A DNA stretch of 64,000 nt from a virus: the IMG/VR virus record IMGVR_UViG_3300042013_000045, positions 64,001 to 128,000 of that record; one strand, 5' to 3'. Position numbers and translations under genes: made by a program. A model generated the notes under the pieces. It did no database searches. It was not told the origin of the DNA and saw nothing but the letters and a program-made list of their open reading frames with translations. This document shows, piece after piece, positions 29,913 through 38,776 of this stretch. How positions within the stretch are numbered: the stretch's first letter is position 1; the number at the start of each line of letters is the position of its first letter.

Positions 29913-32126
29913 ATGAACCTGACTCCCGAAAAACTTGCTTCGCTGCTTCAATCTATTGCAGCTTTCAACACCGCGCTGAAAACCCAACTGGGTCTGAAAC
30001 TCGGTATCAACGAGAAAGCTGGTGACACCTCCAAGTTCGACGGCAAGACCCTTGCCGAAGTCACCGCAGAAATCAATGCCGCCACTGGCGTTGAGCTCGA
30101 TGCGCTGGAACTGATCGTTAACACTTTCATCGCACGTCGTGATAACCCGCACGTCGTCACTAAAGCTCAGGTTGGTCTGGGTCTGGTGGATAACTTCGGT
30201 ACCGCCACTGGCGCTGAAGTCGTTACCGGTACCGCTGCTGACAAGTTCGTGACTCCTGCCGGTATCGCTGCGTTCTGGGCTGATAAAGTAGGCGCTGCCC
30301 CAGGTACCCTGGATACCATCGCTGAGATCGCTGCTGCCCTGCAAGACAACCCCGACGTTATCGATCAGATCCTGACCGGTCTGGGTAACAAGTTGGACAA
30401 GACCGCTCAAGCGGCTGACACCGTTCTCTTCGGTGGCTTCACTCTGGCCGAAGTTATCGCCCAAGCCAACGATGGCGTTGACCTCAGTCAAGTGCTGTTG
30501 AAGTCGGACGACCTCGGCGCAAGCAAGGTTGACGTTACTGGCGATGAACCTGGCACTGGTCTGACCCTGAAGCTGCACTTGGAAGGTATCGCTACCGACC
30601 TGGCTGCCGGCGTTACTGCAACTGAAGCCGCTCAAGCCGATGCTGACGCTGCACAAGTCGCTGCCGATGCCGCCTCTACTCTGGCCGGCACCAAGTTGGG
30701 CGCTACTGCTCAGGCTGTTGACTCGGCTAAGCTGGAAGGCAAGACTCTGGCTGAAGTTGTTGCTCTGGCACAAGACGGCGTTGATCTGGGCAATGTTGTT
30801 CAGAAAGACGACGACTTCTCCACTTACAAAGTTGGCGTTGATACTTTCGCCACTCTGTTCGCTGGTGTGCAGACTGACCTCGACGCACTGGAAGCCCTCA
30901 TTCCTGAGAAAGCTTCTCTGGCTGACGTCACCGCAGGTACCGACGACGCAAAATTCGTCACCGTTATCGGCGTTAAGCAAGCTGCTTCTGACGCTATCGA
31001 TGCCCTCATCGACGGCGCTCCTGATGCACTGAACACCCTGAACGAACTGGCTGTTGCACTGGCTGACCAGAACGACGCAGTTGCTGCAATCGTCTCGTCC
31101 CTGGCTGATAAGCTGGGCAAGCTGGAAACCGCTGCTGACTCCACCATGTTCGCCGGCAAGACCCTTGCCCAGTTCCTGACTGACGCGACCGCTGCCACCC
31201 ACGTCATCACCGATCCACTGCAAGCACGTATTGTTGCGCTGGAAGAAGCTACCGGCGGTGAAGGTGATTTCCTGAAGTCTACCAGCGACCTGGGTCTCAA
31301 CCCAGTAGCACTGACTTCGGACGGCGTAGAGCCAGCCAAGACCCTGAAAGTACACCTGGAAGGCGTTGAAGCTGATCTGGCTACTGGCGTTACTGCCACT
31401 GCTGCTGCTCAACAAGCCGCTGATGACGCCGCTGCCGCTGCACTGACTGCTGACGGTAAAGCCGTTACTGCACAGGCCGCTGCTGACGGTGCTCAAGCTG
31501 CTGCTGATGCTCTGGCAACCAGCAAGCTGGACGTTACCGGTATCGCTGCTGATTCCGATAAACTGGCCGGTCTGAGCCTGACTCAGATCCTGAGCCAGAT
31601 CCGCGGTGGTGAAGTTCAAACCATCCAGGCCGTACAAGACGCTCTCGATGCTTACATCGCGACCGCTCCTGTCTCCCTGACCAAAGCCACTGGCGCTGAA
31701 GCTATCGCCGGTACCGACGACGCGAAGTACATCACTGCTCTGGCCCTCAAAGCCAAAGTTGACGATGCCATCGCTCAACTGGTTGATGGTGCGCCAACTG
31801 CACTCGACACTCTGAAAGAACTGGCTGACAAGCTGGCCACCGACGGTGATGCACTTGCCGCCCTGGTCACCACTGTCGACGGTAAACTCGGTAAACTCGA
31901 GCAAGCAGCTGACTCCCTGAAACTGAACGGCAAGACCCAGGCCGAGCTGACTGCTAGCGAAGCTGAAGTAACAGCCGGTGTCGTTACTGACAAGTTCGTC
32001 ACCCCTGCTGCGCTGGCCCCGTCCTTGGCTGCCATCGGCCAAAGTCAAACCGACCTCGTCGCTCTGGTAGATGAAATGACTGCTGCGTTCAACGCCGCTG
32101 CCGATGACATCGACCCTGCCGCCTAA
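29913..32126 (+). CDS. repetitive fibre (shaft) protein
   Basis: DNPHVVTKAQVGLG; 6x KL.....A.DS.KL.GKT; 3x GAP..L.TL.EL; 4x A..A....G....K(F/Y)(V/I)T; very strong codon bias. Confidence 0.75.
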   Translation: MNLTPEKLASLLQSIAAFNTALKTQLGLKLGINEKAGDTSKFDGKTLAEVTAEINAATGVELDALELIVNTFIARRDNPHVVTKAQVGLGLVDNFGTATGAEVVTGTAADKFVTPAGIAAFWADKVGAAPGTLDTIAEIAAALQDNPDVIDQILTGLGNKLDKTAQAADTVLFGGFTLAEVIAQANDGVDLSQVLLKSDDLGASKVDVTGDEPGTGLTLKLHLEGIATDLAAGVTATEAAQADADAAQVAADAASTLAGTKLGATAQAVDSAKLEGKTLAEVVALAQDGVDLGNVVQKDDDFSTYKVGVDTFATLFAGVQTDLDALEALIPEKASLADVTAGTDDAKFVTVIGVKQAASDAIDALIDGAPDALNTLNELAVALADQNDAVAAIVSSLADKLGKLETAADSTMFAGKTLAQFLTDATAATHVITDPLQARIVALEEATGGEGDFLKSTSDLGLNPVALTSDGVEPAKTLKVHLEGVEADLATGVTATAAAQQAADDAAAAALTADGKAVTAQAAADGAQAAADALATSKLDVTGIAADSDKLAGLSLTQILSQIRGGEVQTIQAVQDALDAYIATAPVSLTKATGAEAIAGTDDAKYITALALKAKVDDAIAQLVDGAPTALDTLKELADKLATDGDALAALVTTVDGKLGKLEQAADSLKLNGKTQAELTASEAEVTAGVVTDKFVTPAALAPSLAAIGQSQTDLVALVDEMTAAFNAAADDIDPAA

Positions 32127-32147
32127 GACCGCACACGCGGTATAAAA

Positions 32148-32186
32148 CATAGAGCCCCGGAGCATTGCTGCTCCGGGGCTCTATGC
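32148..32186. terminator. bidirectional terminator hairpin
   Basis: CATAGAGCCCCGGAGCA-TTGC-TGCTCCGGGGCTCTATG. Confidence 0.8.
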
Positions 32187-32188
32187 TG

Positions 32189-32728
32189 TCAGTCGATGGT
32201 TCTGACCTGACCTTCGTCAGTCATGCGGATACGGCCTTCATCTGTAATCCGACGGATACCGCCCGACCAGAAGATGTTGATCGTCTTCTTCCCGATGTAA
32301 ATGAGGGAATCAGGCTTGGCTACCAAGTCAATGGAGGTGTAGAACAACAGAGAACCCAGTGGGTCTTCCAAGTCCAAGTCAAACTCACCGTCTACGAGGT
32401 TGAACTTACCGTCGATGTACGCAATGAATGCTTCCTTGTCATTCACGTCCGTCAGGTCTTCGATGTCAATGCTGAAGTCTGGGTAGTACTTCTCAATGTC
32501 AGCCCGAGCGTAGTAGAGGTCCACCTCATCCTTTACGGAACTACCAGCCCTACTCTTGACCAAGACGATACTGTTATCGCCGTCAGGATCGTCTACAGGA
32601 CGGGGTAGGTCTACTTCCACCTCATTGCTGGTCAACTTGATCTTGTTGTTACGGTAGACCAAGCTGAAGAAGTTCTCCAGCGCAGACTTCTCTGGGTCGA
32701 ACTGGAAACGATCGCAATACTCGGACAT
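32189..32728 (-). CDS. putative virion structural protein
   Basis: Y.R.DI and DSLIYIG repeat type; C-terminal RITDEG.RMTDEG repeat. Confidence 0.55.
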   Translation of the reverse strand: MSEYCDRFQFDPEKSALENFFSLVYRNNKIKLTSNEVEVDLPRPVDDPDGDNSIVLVKSRAGSSVKDEVDLYYARADIEKYYPDFSIDIEDLTDVNDKEAFIAYIDGKFNLVDGEFDLDLEDPLGSLLFYTSIDLVAKPDSLIYIGKKTINIFWSGGIRRITDEGRIRMTDEGQVRTID

Positions 32729-32752
32729 AGGTCACCTGTTGGAAGTGGGGCA

Positions 32753-33208
32753 TCATACTATTTCGCCGCAATACTCAAAGGGTATCCCGTTATCCTCAGC
32801 GATCTCCCCTATGACTTCAATGTAGATGTGACGGTGGCAGAACTTACCCGCTGTGCAGTAACACGCTACCGCTTTATCCGCATCGCCTTCCAATAGCTCT
32901 TCGAAGGCCTCAGGGGTAGCTAGGAGCTGTCTGTGCATCTTCTCCCGATAAAGCCTCGTGTATTCCTCATCCGTCACTTCACCGCGCTTATACGCCCAGA
33001 GAACATCAGGGGTCGGAGCGAACCGTTGATCGCCTGACTTGACCGTAATGTCAAACAACTCAATCCCTAACGCCTTGGCTTTCCTCCATTGGGGGATAGC
33101 GACTGTGTACCATTTCATACTACCCTCCTGCTGGGTAAGCGCATAAAGAGAGGGTGGAACGGTTGCCCGTCCACCCTTCCTGACGTACTGGTATTCCACA
33201 GTGATCAT
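32753..33208 (-). CDS. DUF488-like (rhodanese/phosphatase-fold) protein
   Basis: DITVKSG, FAPT, EY...Y..KM and ACYC....FCHRH motifs. Confidence 0.65.
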   Translation of the reverse strand: MITVEYQYVRKGGRATVPPSLYALTQQEGSMKWYTVAIPQWRKAKALGIELFDITVKSGDQRFAPTPDVLWAYKRGEVTDEEYTRLYREKMHRQLLATPEAFEELLEGDADKAVACYCTAGKFCHRHIYIEVIGEIAEDNGIPFEYCGEIV

Positions 33209-33600
33209 CCCCTAGGCAACCTTCAGTCAAGCCGGGACCGAAAGTGCCTAGAGGCTGTACACTGCTCTAGTCTTGGTGAGGAGCGGGCACCTTGACCAGA
33301 ACAACAGCGATGCGGAGAGACAAGCCCTGCAACGCGTCATCGTTTACCACGCAGACACCAAGTTGCGGTCGAGTCCATGCCAGACTCACTTGGACCGAAT
33401 GGAACCAAACCCTCATTCACCTTGCTATCACGACGAGTTCGCAAGGCTTGCAACAAAATAAGCGGAACAGGGGACCCGAAGGTCCCCGTCCTAGTGAGCG
33501 GCACGCTGGCCGCGGGAAGGGATGCACTGAACCCTTCCGTCGACGCCGTTAGGCGTATGCAGGGAGATAGCCTTTTGTTAAAGAACGTATTTCCTACATA
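33209..33600 (-). ncRNA. candidate ~390-nt structured leader or ncRNA
   Basis: About nine consecutive hairpins with G-U pairs and a cUUCGg loop on the - strand; the last hairpin buries the AGGGG RBS of the downstream gene; TATG at 33597-33600. Confidence 0.55.
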
Positions 33601-33624
33601 TAATGGTAGAAGGAGAGTATTAAA

Positions 33625-34815
33625 TTACGGCTCTTCTTCTTCTTTCAGCTTCTTCTCGGCCTCTTCCTTCTCCTTGGCTTCAGCTTCTTTCTCAGCATCG
33701 GTTTTCTCGATGGTGAAAGCGCCTGGCTCGGACAGTACATCGTCGTCACCATCAGTAGCGTCAGGATTTTCAGTAGGAGGAGTGCTGTCGTCGCCGGAAC
33801 CGGTTGTAGGAACCTCTTCAACAACTGGTTCTTCAACCACGACTTGATCGCCATCGCCTGCAACCGCGGCAGCAGCTTCAGCTTCGGCCAGAGCAGGATC
33901 AACCGCTTCGTCACCAGCGCCACCAGTAGCAGCGGCTGCGTCAGCATCGATCACTGCATCAGGATCAGTTGGATCGGTAGCAGCAGCACCGTCGGTGCCA
34001 GCAGCAGGTTCAGCATTACCGGTGTTGGTGGTAGTGGAGACTTTGACACCTTCATCTACCTTCACGCCGGAAGCATCTTCACCGCGAGCTTTTTCAGTCA
34101 GCTTGGTGCCGAGGTCAGAACCGTCATCAGGACCGGTTGCTTGATCAGCTTCGGAGCGAGCGTCACTCACCTTGGTTTCGGCCACTTCACGAGCGTTGTC
34201 GACCACCTGAGTGATACGATCAACAGCGTCGGTCAGATCGCCCAGCACTTGAGTCGCTTCGAGATCTTCGACGGAGATGCTCAGCGCGTCGGTGATTGCC
34301 GGTACTTGCTTGATGAAGTGCACAGCCATCGGACGCAGGTTGTCGACAGTGATGCCTTCCATGCTGGCCATGGTTTTCAGAGCGCCCAGACCGCTGTGGT
34401 ACACGTTGATCTCAGCCGCTTGCTGTTCCAGACTTTCCAGCGAAGGGCCGGCAGTCATTTGGTCGCGAGTGGTGAACGGTTGCTCGACTTCTTCTTCAGC
34501 TTTGGTGGCCAGGTGCTCTTCGAGCTTAGCCACGGTAGTGAGATGAGGTTGCAGGATGTCTTGCATGATCAACTCAACTTTGGCAGCTGGGTCAGTCACG
34601 CCGTCAATCTTGACCATCTCTTCGTCCAGGCCAGCCGGTTCCAGCACGTCCTCGGTCAGAGTCGTGTAAGCAACCGCGTCGCTGTCCTCCATAGAAGGCT
34701 TGGCAAGTAGGGCCTGGCCGACAACCATCAGCGATTCAAGACTGGAACGGAATGCAACGGTGGCGGCGTGCTGCTCCCGTGCAGTCGGGGTAGCGGTCTT
34801 GTTAACTTGAGTCAT
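33625..34815 (-). CDS. acidic internal head protein-like (prohead-protease substrate)
   Basis: Multiple SLE/SME/SVE sites and a long acidic low-complexity C-terminus; likely start MTQVNK with GAGG RBS. Confidence 0.6.
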   Translation of the reverse strand: MTQVNKTATPTAREQHAATVAFRSSLESLMVVGQALLAKPSMEDSDAVAYTTLTEDVLEPAGLDEEMVKIDGVTDPAAKVELIMQDILQPHLTTVAKLEEHLATKAEEEVEQPFTTRDQMTAGPSLESLEQQAAEINVYHSGLGALKTMASMEGITVDNLRPMAVHFIKQVPAITDALSISVEDLEATQVLGDLTDAVDRITQVVDNAREVAETKVSDARSEADQATGPDDGSDLGTKLTEKARGEDASGVKVDEGVKVSTTTNTGNAEPAAGTDGAAATDPTDPDAVIDADAAAATGGAGDEAVDPALAEAEAAAAVAGDGDQVVVEEPVVEEVPTTGSGDDSTPPTENPDATDGDDDVLSEPGAFTIEKTDAEKEAEAKEKEEAEKKLKEEEEP

Positions 34816-34865
34816 CTTATGATCCTCTTTTATCCTAATTCCCTTGCTATTAAAGGAATAGAACA

Positions 34866-36968
34866 ATGTACGGTAGTGTTGCACGACTCGTTGGGTTCGT
34901 GTCTGTTAAAGAAACGGATTCTCACATTATAGTGAATGGTATCCCTGGATTGCGGTTCAGTCGAGACGTGTATAATTACTGGAAGACCAGTAAGATCAAC
35001 AACAACATGTTTTCGGCAATCTCCAAATCCCAGGTCAAGTTCCCGAAGTTCTTCGCGATCGAAGTCGACTATATGTTCCAACGGCTCCTAGAGAGTCGTC
35101 GCACATCAGTCTCCCGTCGCATCCTTCAGAAGTCGATTGAGGAGTTGAAGTCTCATACATGGTTGAGTAAAATCGGTTCTGGTCAGTTCAACAGTAAGCT
35201 GGACTTCAGCAAACTAAAGGACCTGAACGTCACACTATTTGCCCACCAACTTTCTTTTTTACAGACGTACGACGTTACCACGCAGGAATATTCCCTCAAT
35301 GGGATGCTCATGGACGTGGCGGCTGGTGGCGGTAAAACCATCACCGGATATGCCCTTGGCCACCTTTTGGGTTCTGACACACAGATCTACGTGGTGCCTA
35401 AGAACTCCGCGGTTGACGTGTGGGAGAAGACCATCGCTAAGCAGCTCCCTGCATACGGGGGTGAGTACTTCTTCAAGAACGGTGTACCAGACTACTGGTC
35501 GTCCATGCACGGTACTGAGCCATCGCTGGGCAAGAAGATCTACATCGTTCACTACGACTACCTCGAGAAGTTCCTGAAGTTCGTCAAGGCCAACAAACGC
35601 GCTTTTGGCAAGACCTTCATCGACATCGACGAGTCGCACAACTTCAACGAAGAGTCGCAGCGTACCGGTACGTTGATTGACCTGTGCCTGACCTTGGACG
35701 CCAAAGACGTGGTACACGCCTCGGGTACGCCATTCAAGGCCATGGGCTCTGAAGCGATCACTCTGCTGTCGACCATCTGCCGCGACTTCACTCCTGAGGC
35801 TAAGGCAGCCTTCCGGAAGATCTTTGGTAAGGAAGCCAAACGCGCTAACGAGATCTTGGCTAACCGGATCGGCATTGTTTCCTTTAAGGTACACAAGGCG
35901 GACATCGAGACCCCAGGCGTGGATTACCACACGGTCAAGGTCAAGATCCCTAACGGCGATCTGTACACCCTGGATGCCATCCGCATCAAGATGACCGCGT
36001 TCATCGATTCGCAGATGAAGATGTACCAGAAAGGGATGCCTGAGTACCAGCAACTGTACGACCTGTGCATGGAACTCCATGGCAAGTCTTTGGCACGAGC
36101 GGCTCCTGTACAGATCAAGGCTTTTGAACTGTACAAGACTTACATCAAACAGATCCGTAGGGGTTACGATCCTGTGACCATGAAAGACATGGTGATGTAC
36201 TGCAACCGTTACGAGCTGAAGAACATTGTGCCTTCGCTGCCAGAAGCGTACCGTAAGCCGTTCATCAATGTACGGGCTATCATCAAGTACGTGGAACTGA
36301 AGGTCTTGGGTGAAGCGCTGTCGCAGGTACTGGGCAAGTTGCGTATCCAGTGTCATTTGGACATGCTGGCGAACATGGGTCTTGAAGACATCATCGACAA
36401 CGCGCAGAAGAAGACAGTGATCTTTACCAGCTACGTCGAAGTGGTCAAGTCGTTGGAACTGGCATTGCCGCAGGCTGGGTATAAGCCGCTCTTCGTTTAT
36501 GGTGAGACCAACAAAGACTTGCCAGCGATCATCAAGAAGTTCCATGAAGACCCAGATGCCAACCCACTGGTAGCGACCTTCAAGTCACTGTCCACTGCTG
36601 TTCCGCTGACGGCTGCCAACACACTCGCCTTCACGAACTCCCCGTTCCGTGACTACGAACGTACGCAGACCATCGCACGGGTTGACCGCATCGGTCAGGA
36701 CCAGCGTTGCCATGTGCACGACATCTTCTTGGACACTGGGGAATCGCCAAACATCTCCACGCGCTCTAAGGACATCTTGAGCTGGAGTAAGGAACAGGTC
36801 GAAACGATTCTGGGTGTGAAGACACCGGATGACATTGAGGCTTCTCTGGAGGACTTAGCAGAGAACCCGAATGCTACCCTGACCTCCGCTGAGGACTTCA
36901 TCGAGAAGCTCAAAGCAGAGCTGCCGATCGACGTCATCGAGACTGATGGCATCGAGCGCGAGGAATAA
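34866..36968 (+). CDS. superfamily 2 (SNF2/DEXH-like) helicase
   Basis: AAGGGKT, DESH, SGTP and QTIARVDRIGQ motifs. Confidence 0.85.
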   Translation: MYGSVARLVGFVSVKETDSHIIVNGIPGLRFSRDVYNYWKTSKINNNMFSAISKSQVKFPKFFAIEVDYMFQRLLESRRTSVSRRILQKSIEELKSHTWLSKIGSGQFNSKLDFSKLKDLNVTLFAHQLSFLQTYDVTTQEYSLNGMLMDVAAGGGKTITGYALGHLLGSDTQIYVVPKNSAVDVWEKTIAKQLPAYGGEYFFKNGVPDYWSSMHGTEPSLGKKIYIVHYDYLEKFLKFVKANKRAFGKTFIDIDESHNFNEESQRTGTLIDLCLTLDAKDVVHASGTPFKAMGSEAITLLSTICRDFTPEAKAAFRKIFGKEAKRANEILANRIGIVSFKVHKADIETPGVDYHTVKVKIPNGDLYTLDAIRIKMTAFIDSQMKMYQKGMPEYQQLYDLCMELHGKSLARAAPVQIKAFELYKTYIKQIRRGYDPVTMKDMVMYCNRYELKNIVPSLPEAYRKPFINVRAIIKYVELKVLGEALSQVLGKLRIQCHLDMLANMGLEDIIDNAQKKTVIFTSYVEVVKSLELALPQAGYKPLFVYGETNKDLPAIIKKFHEDPDANPLVATFKSLSTAVPLTAANTLAFTNSPFRDYERTQTIARVDRIGQDQRCHVHDIFLDTGESPNISTRSKDILSWSKEQVETILGVKTPDDIEASLEDLAENPNATLTSAEDFIEKLKAELPIDVIETDGIEREE

Positions 36969-37020
36969 AGAAAAAAAGAAAGACATCTCCCGGAGCCTTT
37001 CGGCTCCGGGTGTATGCCGC

Positions 37021-37416
37021 TTACAGAGGGAACTTGGTCAGACCGTCACCGCCGAACATGGATTGGCCATCGGCGTAGTCGATCTGTTCCATCATGCCCA
37101 GTACTGGGCGGGTAACGGTTACGTCGATCCGATCAGTGTCAGTGTGGTTAACACGTACCTTGACCGGGGTTTCTTTCGCACGTGCAGAAGTACCCATCAC
37201 GCCTTCCATTTCGGATTCGTTAGGGGTGATGACGGTTTCACGCTCGTGGATGTGGATGGTCTTCGAAGCAGTGTTGGTACGGGTGTGGGAGCCACTGTTA
37301 GCCATCGCAGTCAGGATGGCTTTGGCAGCTTTAGGGTTTTTCTTTGCAGCTTTGTAGCCCAGGTAGCCAACACCAGCAACACCAACAAGGATAGCAGCAG
37401 CTTTGAGAAAGGACAT
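37021..37416 (-). CDS. hypothetical N-terminally anchored membrane protein
   Basis: MSFLKAAAILVGVAGVGYLGYKAAKK, GGAG RBS. Confidence 0.6.
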   Translation of the reverse strand: MSFLKAAAILVGVAGVGYLGYKAAKKNPKAAKAILTAMANSGSHTRTNTASKTIHIHERETVITPNESEMEGVMGTSARAKETPVKVRVNHTDTDRIDVTVTRPVLGMMEQIDYADGQSMFGGDGLTKFPL

Positions 37417-37457
37417 GGTTGTATCTCCAATAGATCGTAGGTTAGGTGCAGCAAGGT

Positions 37458-37775
37458 TTAGTGCAGGACTGACACCCCGTTTGCTACGAGGGTCGATTTC
37501 ATCTTCTCTACCCAGACTTCCTGGGGTGGACGTTTGCCTCGGTTGTTTGCAATGCGACGACGGACGTCACGGGTGGTTGCCAACAGCCACAGCGGGTAGT
37601 AACCACAGTTGCCCGAGGACGGGTCACCATGACGTACCAGCAGATCGTGATCCAGTACTTTCACTTCAGCGGGATCTACCGCCACGTACGTGATGCCTGT
37701 GTCGGCTTCCACCTTGGTGAAGAGGATGCCGTCGTGGTGATGTACTTCTACTTGCCCTGTGTTCATTTGGTCCAC
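37458..37775 (-). CDS. hypothetical protein
   Basis: 105 aa, coupled to the upstream ORF. Confidence 0.5.
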   Translation of the reverse strand: MDQMNTGQVEVHHHDGILFTKVEADTGITYVAVDPAEVKVLDHDLLVRHGDPSSGNCGYYPLWLLATTRDVRRRIANNRGKRPPQEVWVEKMKSTLVANGVSVLH

Positions 37776-38419
37776 TCCTCAACAAAGTGTTCGATTTCAT
37801 TACGTTTAAGGTCCCACTCAAGATCCTGTTCCTCACGAGTGAGGTAGGAGTCCCGAATGGCTTTCTCTGTGAACGCGTGAGAGGCTGGGAAGTAAAGGAA
37901 CTTACCGTTCAGCTCAAAGCGTACCAGGTATGCGTTTGGAATCAGGTTGCCGATAGACAACCCCATGCGATCCACGTACAGCTGTGCCACTAGGCGATCT
38001 TCCAGCGCTTCGTAGAAGTCTTGATTCTTAACAAAGATCAGACCTTTCGAAGCGTGCTTGATAACCGTCTGGCCCACGTGATCCTTCTTGGCAATGTATG
38101 CGCCTTCAGGATGGTTCACCGCTACGTGGATAGTGTGCCGCGAAGTGCCCAGTTGGACAAAGCGACGTTTGTGCATAGCGCAGGCCAGCGCAATAACTGG
38201 TGGCACAGCTTGGAGGCTGTACGACATGTTACTGTTGTAGGCAATGCGCTCGTCTTCCGTTTGTTCGTACTTCACCACGAGGATAGAACCCCGCAGTTCG
38301 TACCCGATGGACTCGTGGTAGGTAGGCAGTTCGCTTACCCACAGGTTCTCGGATACTTCCTTCGAGTTATAAGTCAGCTCGAGGAGGTCTTGACTGGTGA
38401 CAGCGGCTTCGTAATGCAT
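37763..38419 (-). CDS. hypothetical protein
   Basis: 218 aa, AGGAG RBS. Confidence 0.6.
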   Translation of the reverse strand: MHYEAAVTSQDLLELTYNSKEVSENLWVSELPTYHESIGYELRGSILVVKYEQTEDERIAYNSNMSYSLQAVPPVIALACAMHKRRFVQLGTSRHTIHVAVNHPEGAYIAKKDHVGQTVIKHASKGLIFVKNQDFYEALEDRLVAQLYVDRMGLSIGNLIPNAYLVRFELNGKFLYFPASHAFTEKAIRDSYLTREEQDLEWDLKRNEIEHFVEEWTK

Positions 38420-38454
38420 TTTTGATCTCCTAATAGATCATGGTTAAGGGTGTA

Positions 38455-38727
38455 TCAGTACAGCAGACCGCGTGTTTCAGAGCAAGCTTGTTGGATCTGT
38501 TTACCCAACTCAAGGTCAACAGCCAACGGAGACTCAGCGCTGAAGTACTTCTCCTTCTTGGCAATGATGTCATCGAGCTTGTCACGGAAGCCTTTGGTGG
38601 AAAGGATATTGGAAATCCCCTCCAAGTGTTTTGCAGTGTTGATCCGCAATTGCAGACCGTCCAGTGCGTGTTGCACCGCCATTACTTCGCCGGTATAGAT
38701 GACCGGGCTGGTTGCGAGTGTTCTCAT
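38455..38727 (-). CDS. hypothetical protein
   Basis: 90 aa, AGGAG RBS. Confidence 0.55.
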   Translation of the reverse strand: MRTLATSPVIYTGEVMAVQHALDGLQLRINTAKHLEGISNILSTKGFRDKLDDIIAKKEKYFSAESPLAVDLELGKQIQQACSETRGLLY

Positions 38728-38776
38728 GATGCGCTCCTAGACTGGGGCTACGGAATGTAGCCCCAGCATACGTGGG

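Noticed and set aside
26274-32165. Long - strand ORFs (778 and 760 aa) opposite the RNR and fibre genes
   Set aside because: Same shadow effect; they mirror the sense genes almost exactly.
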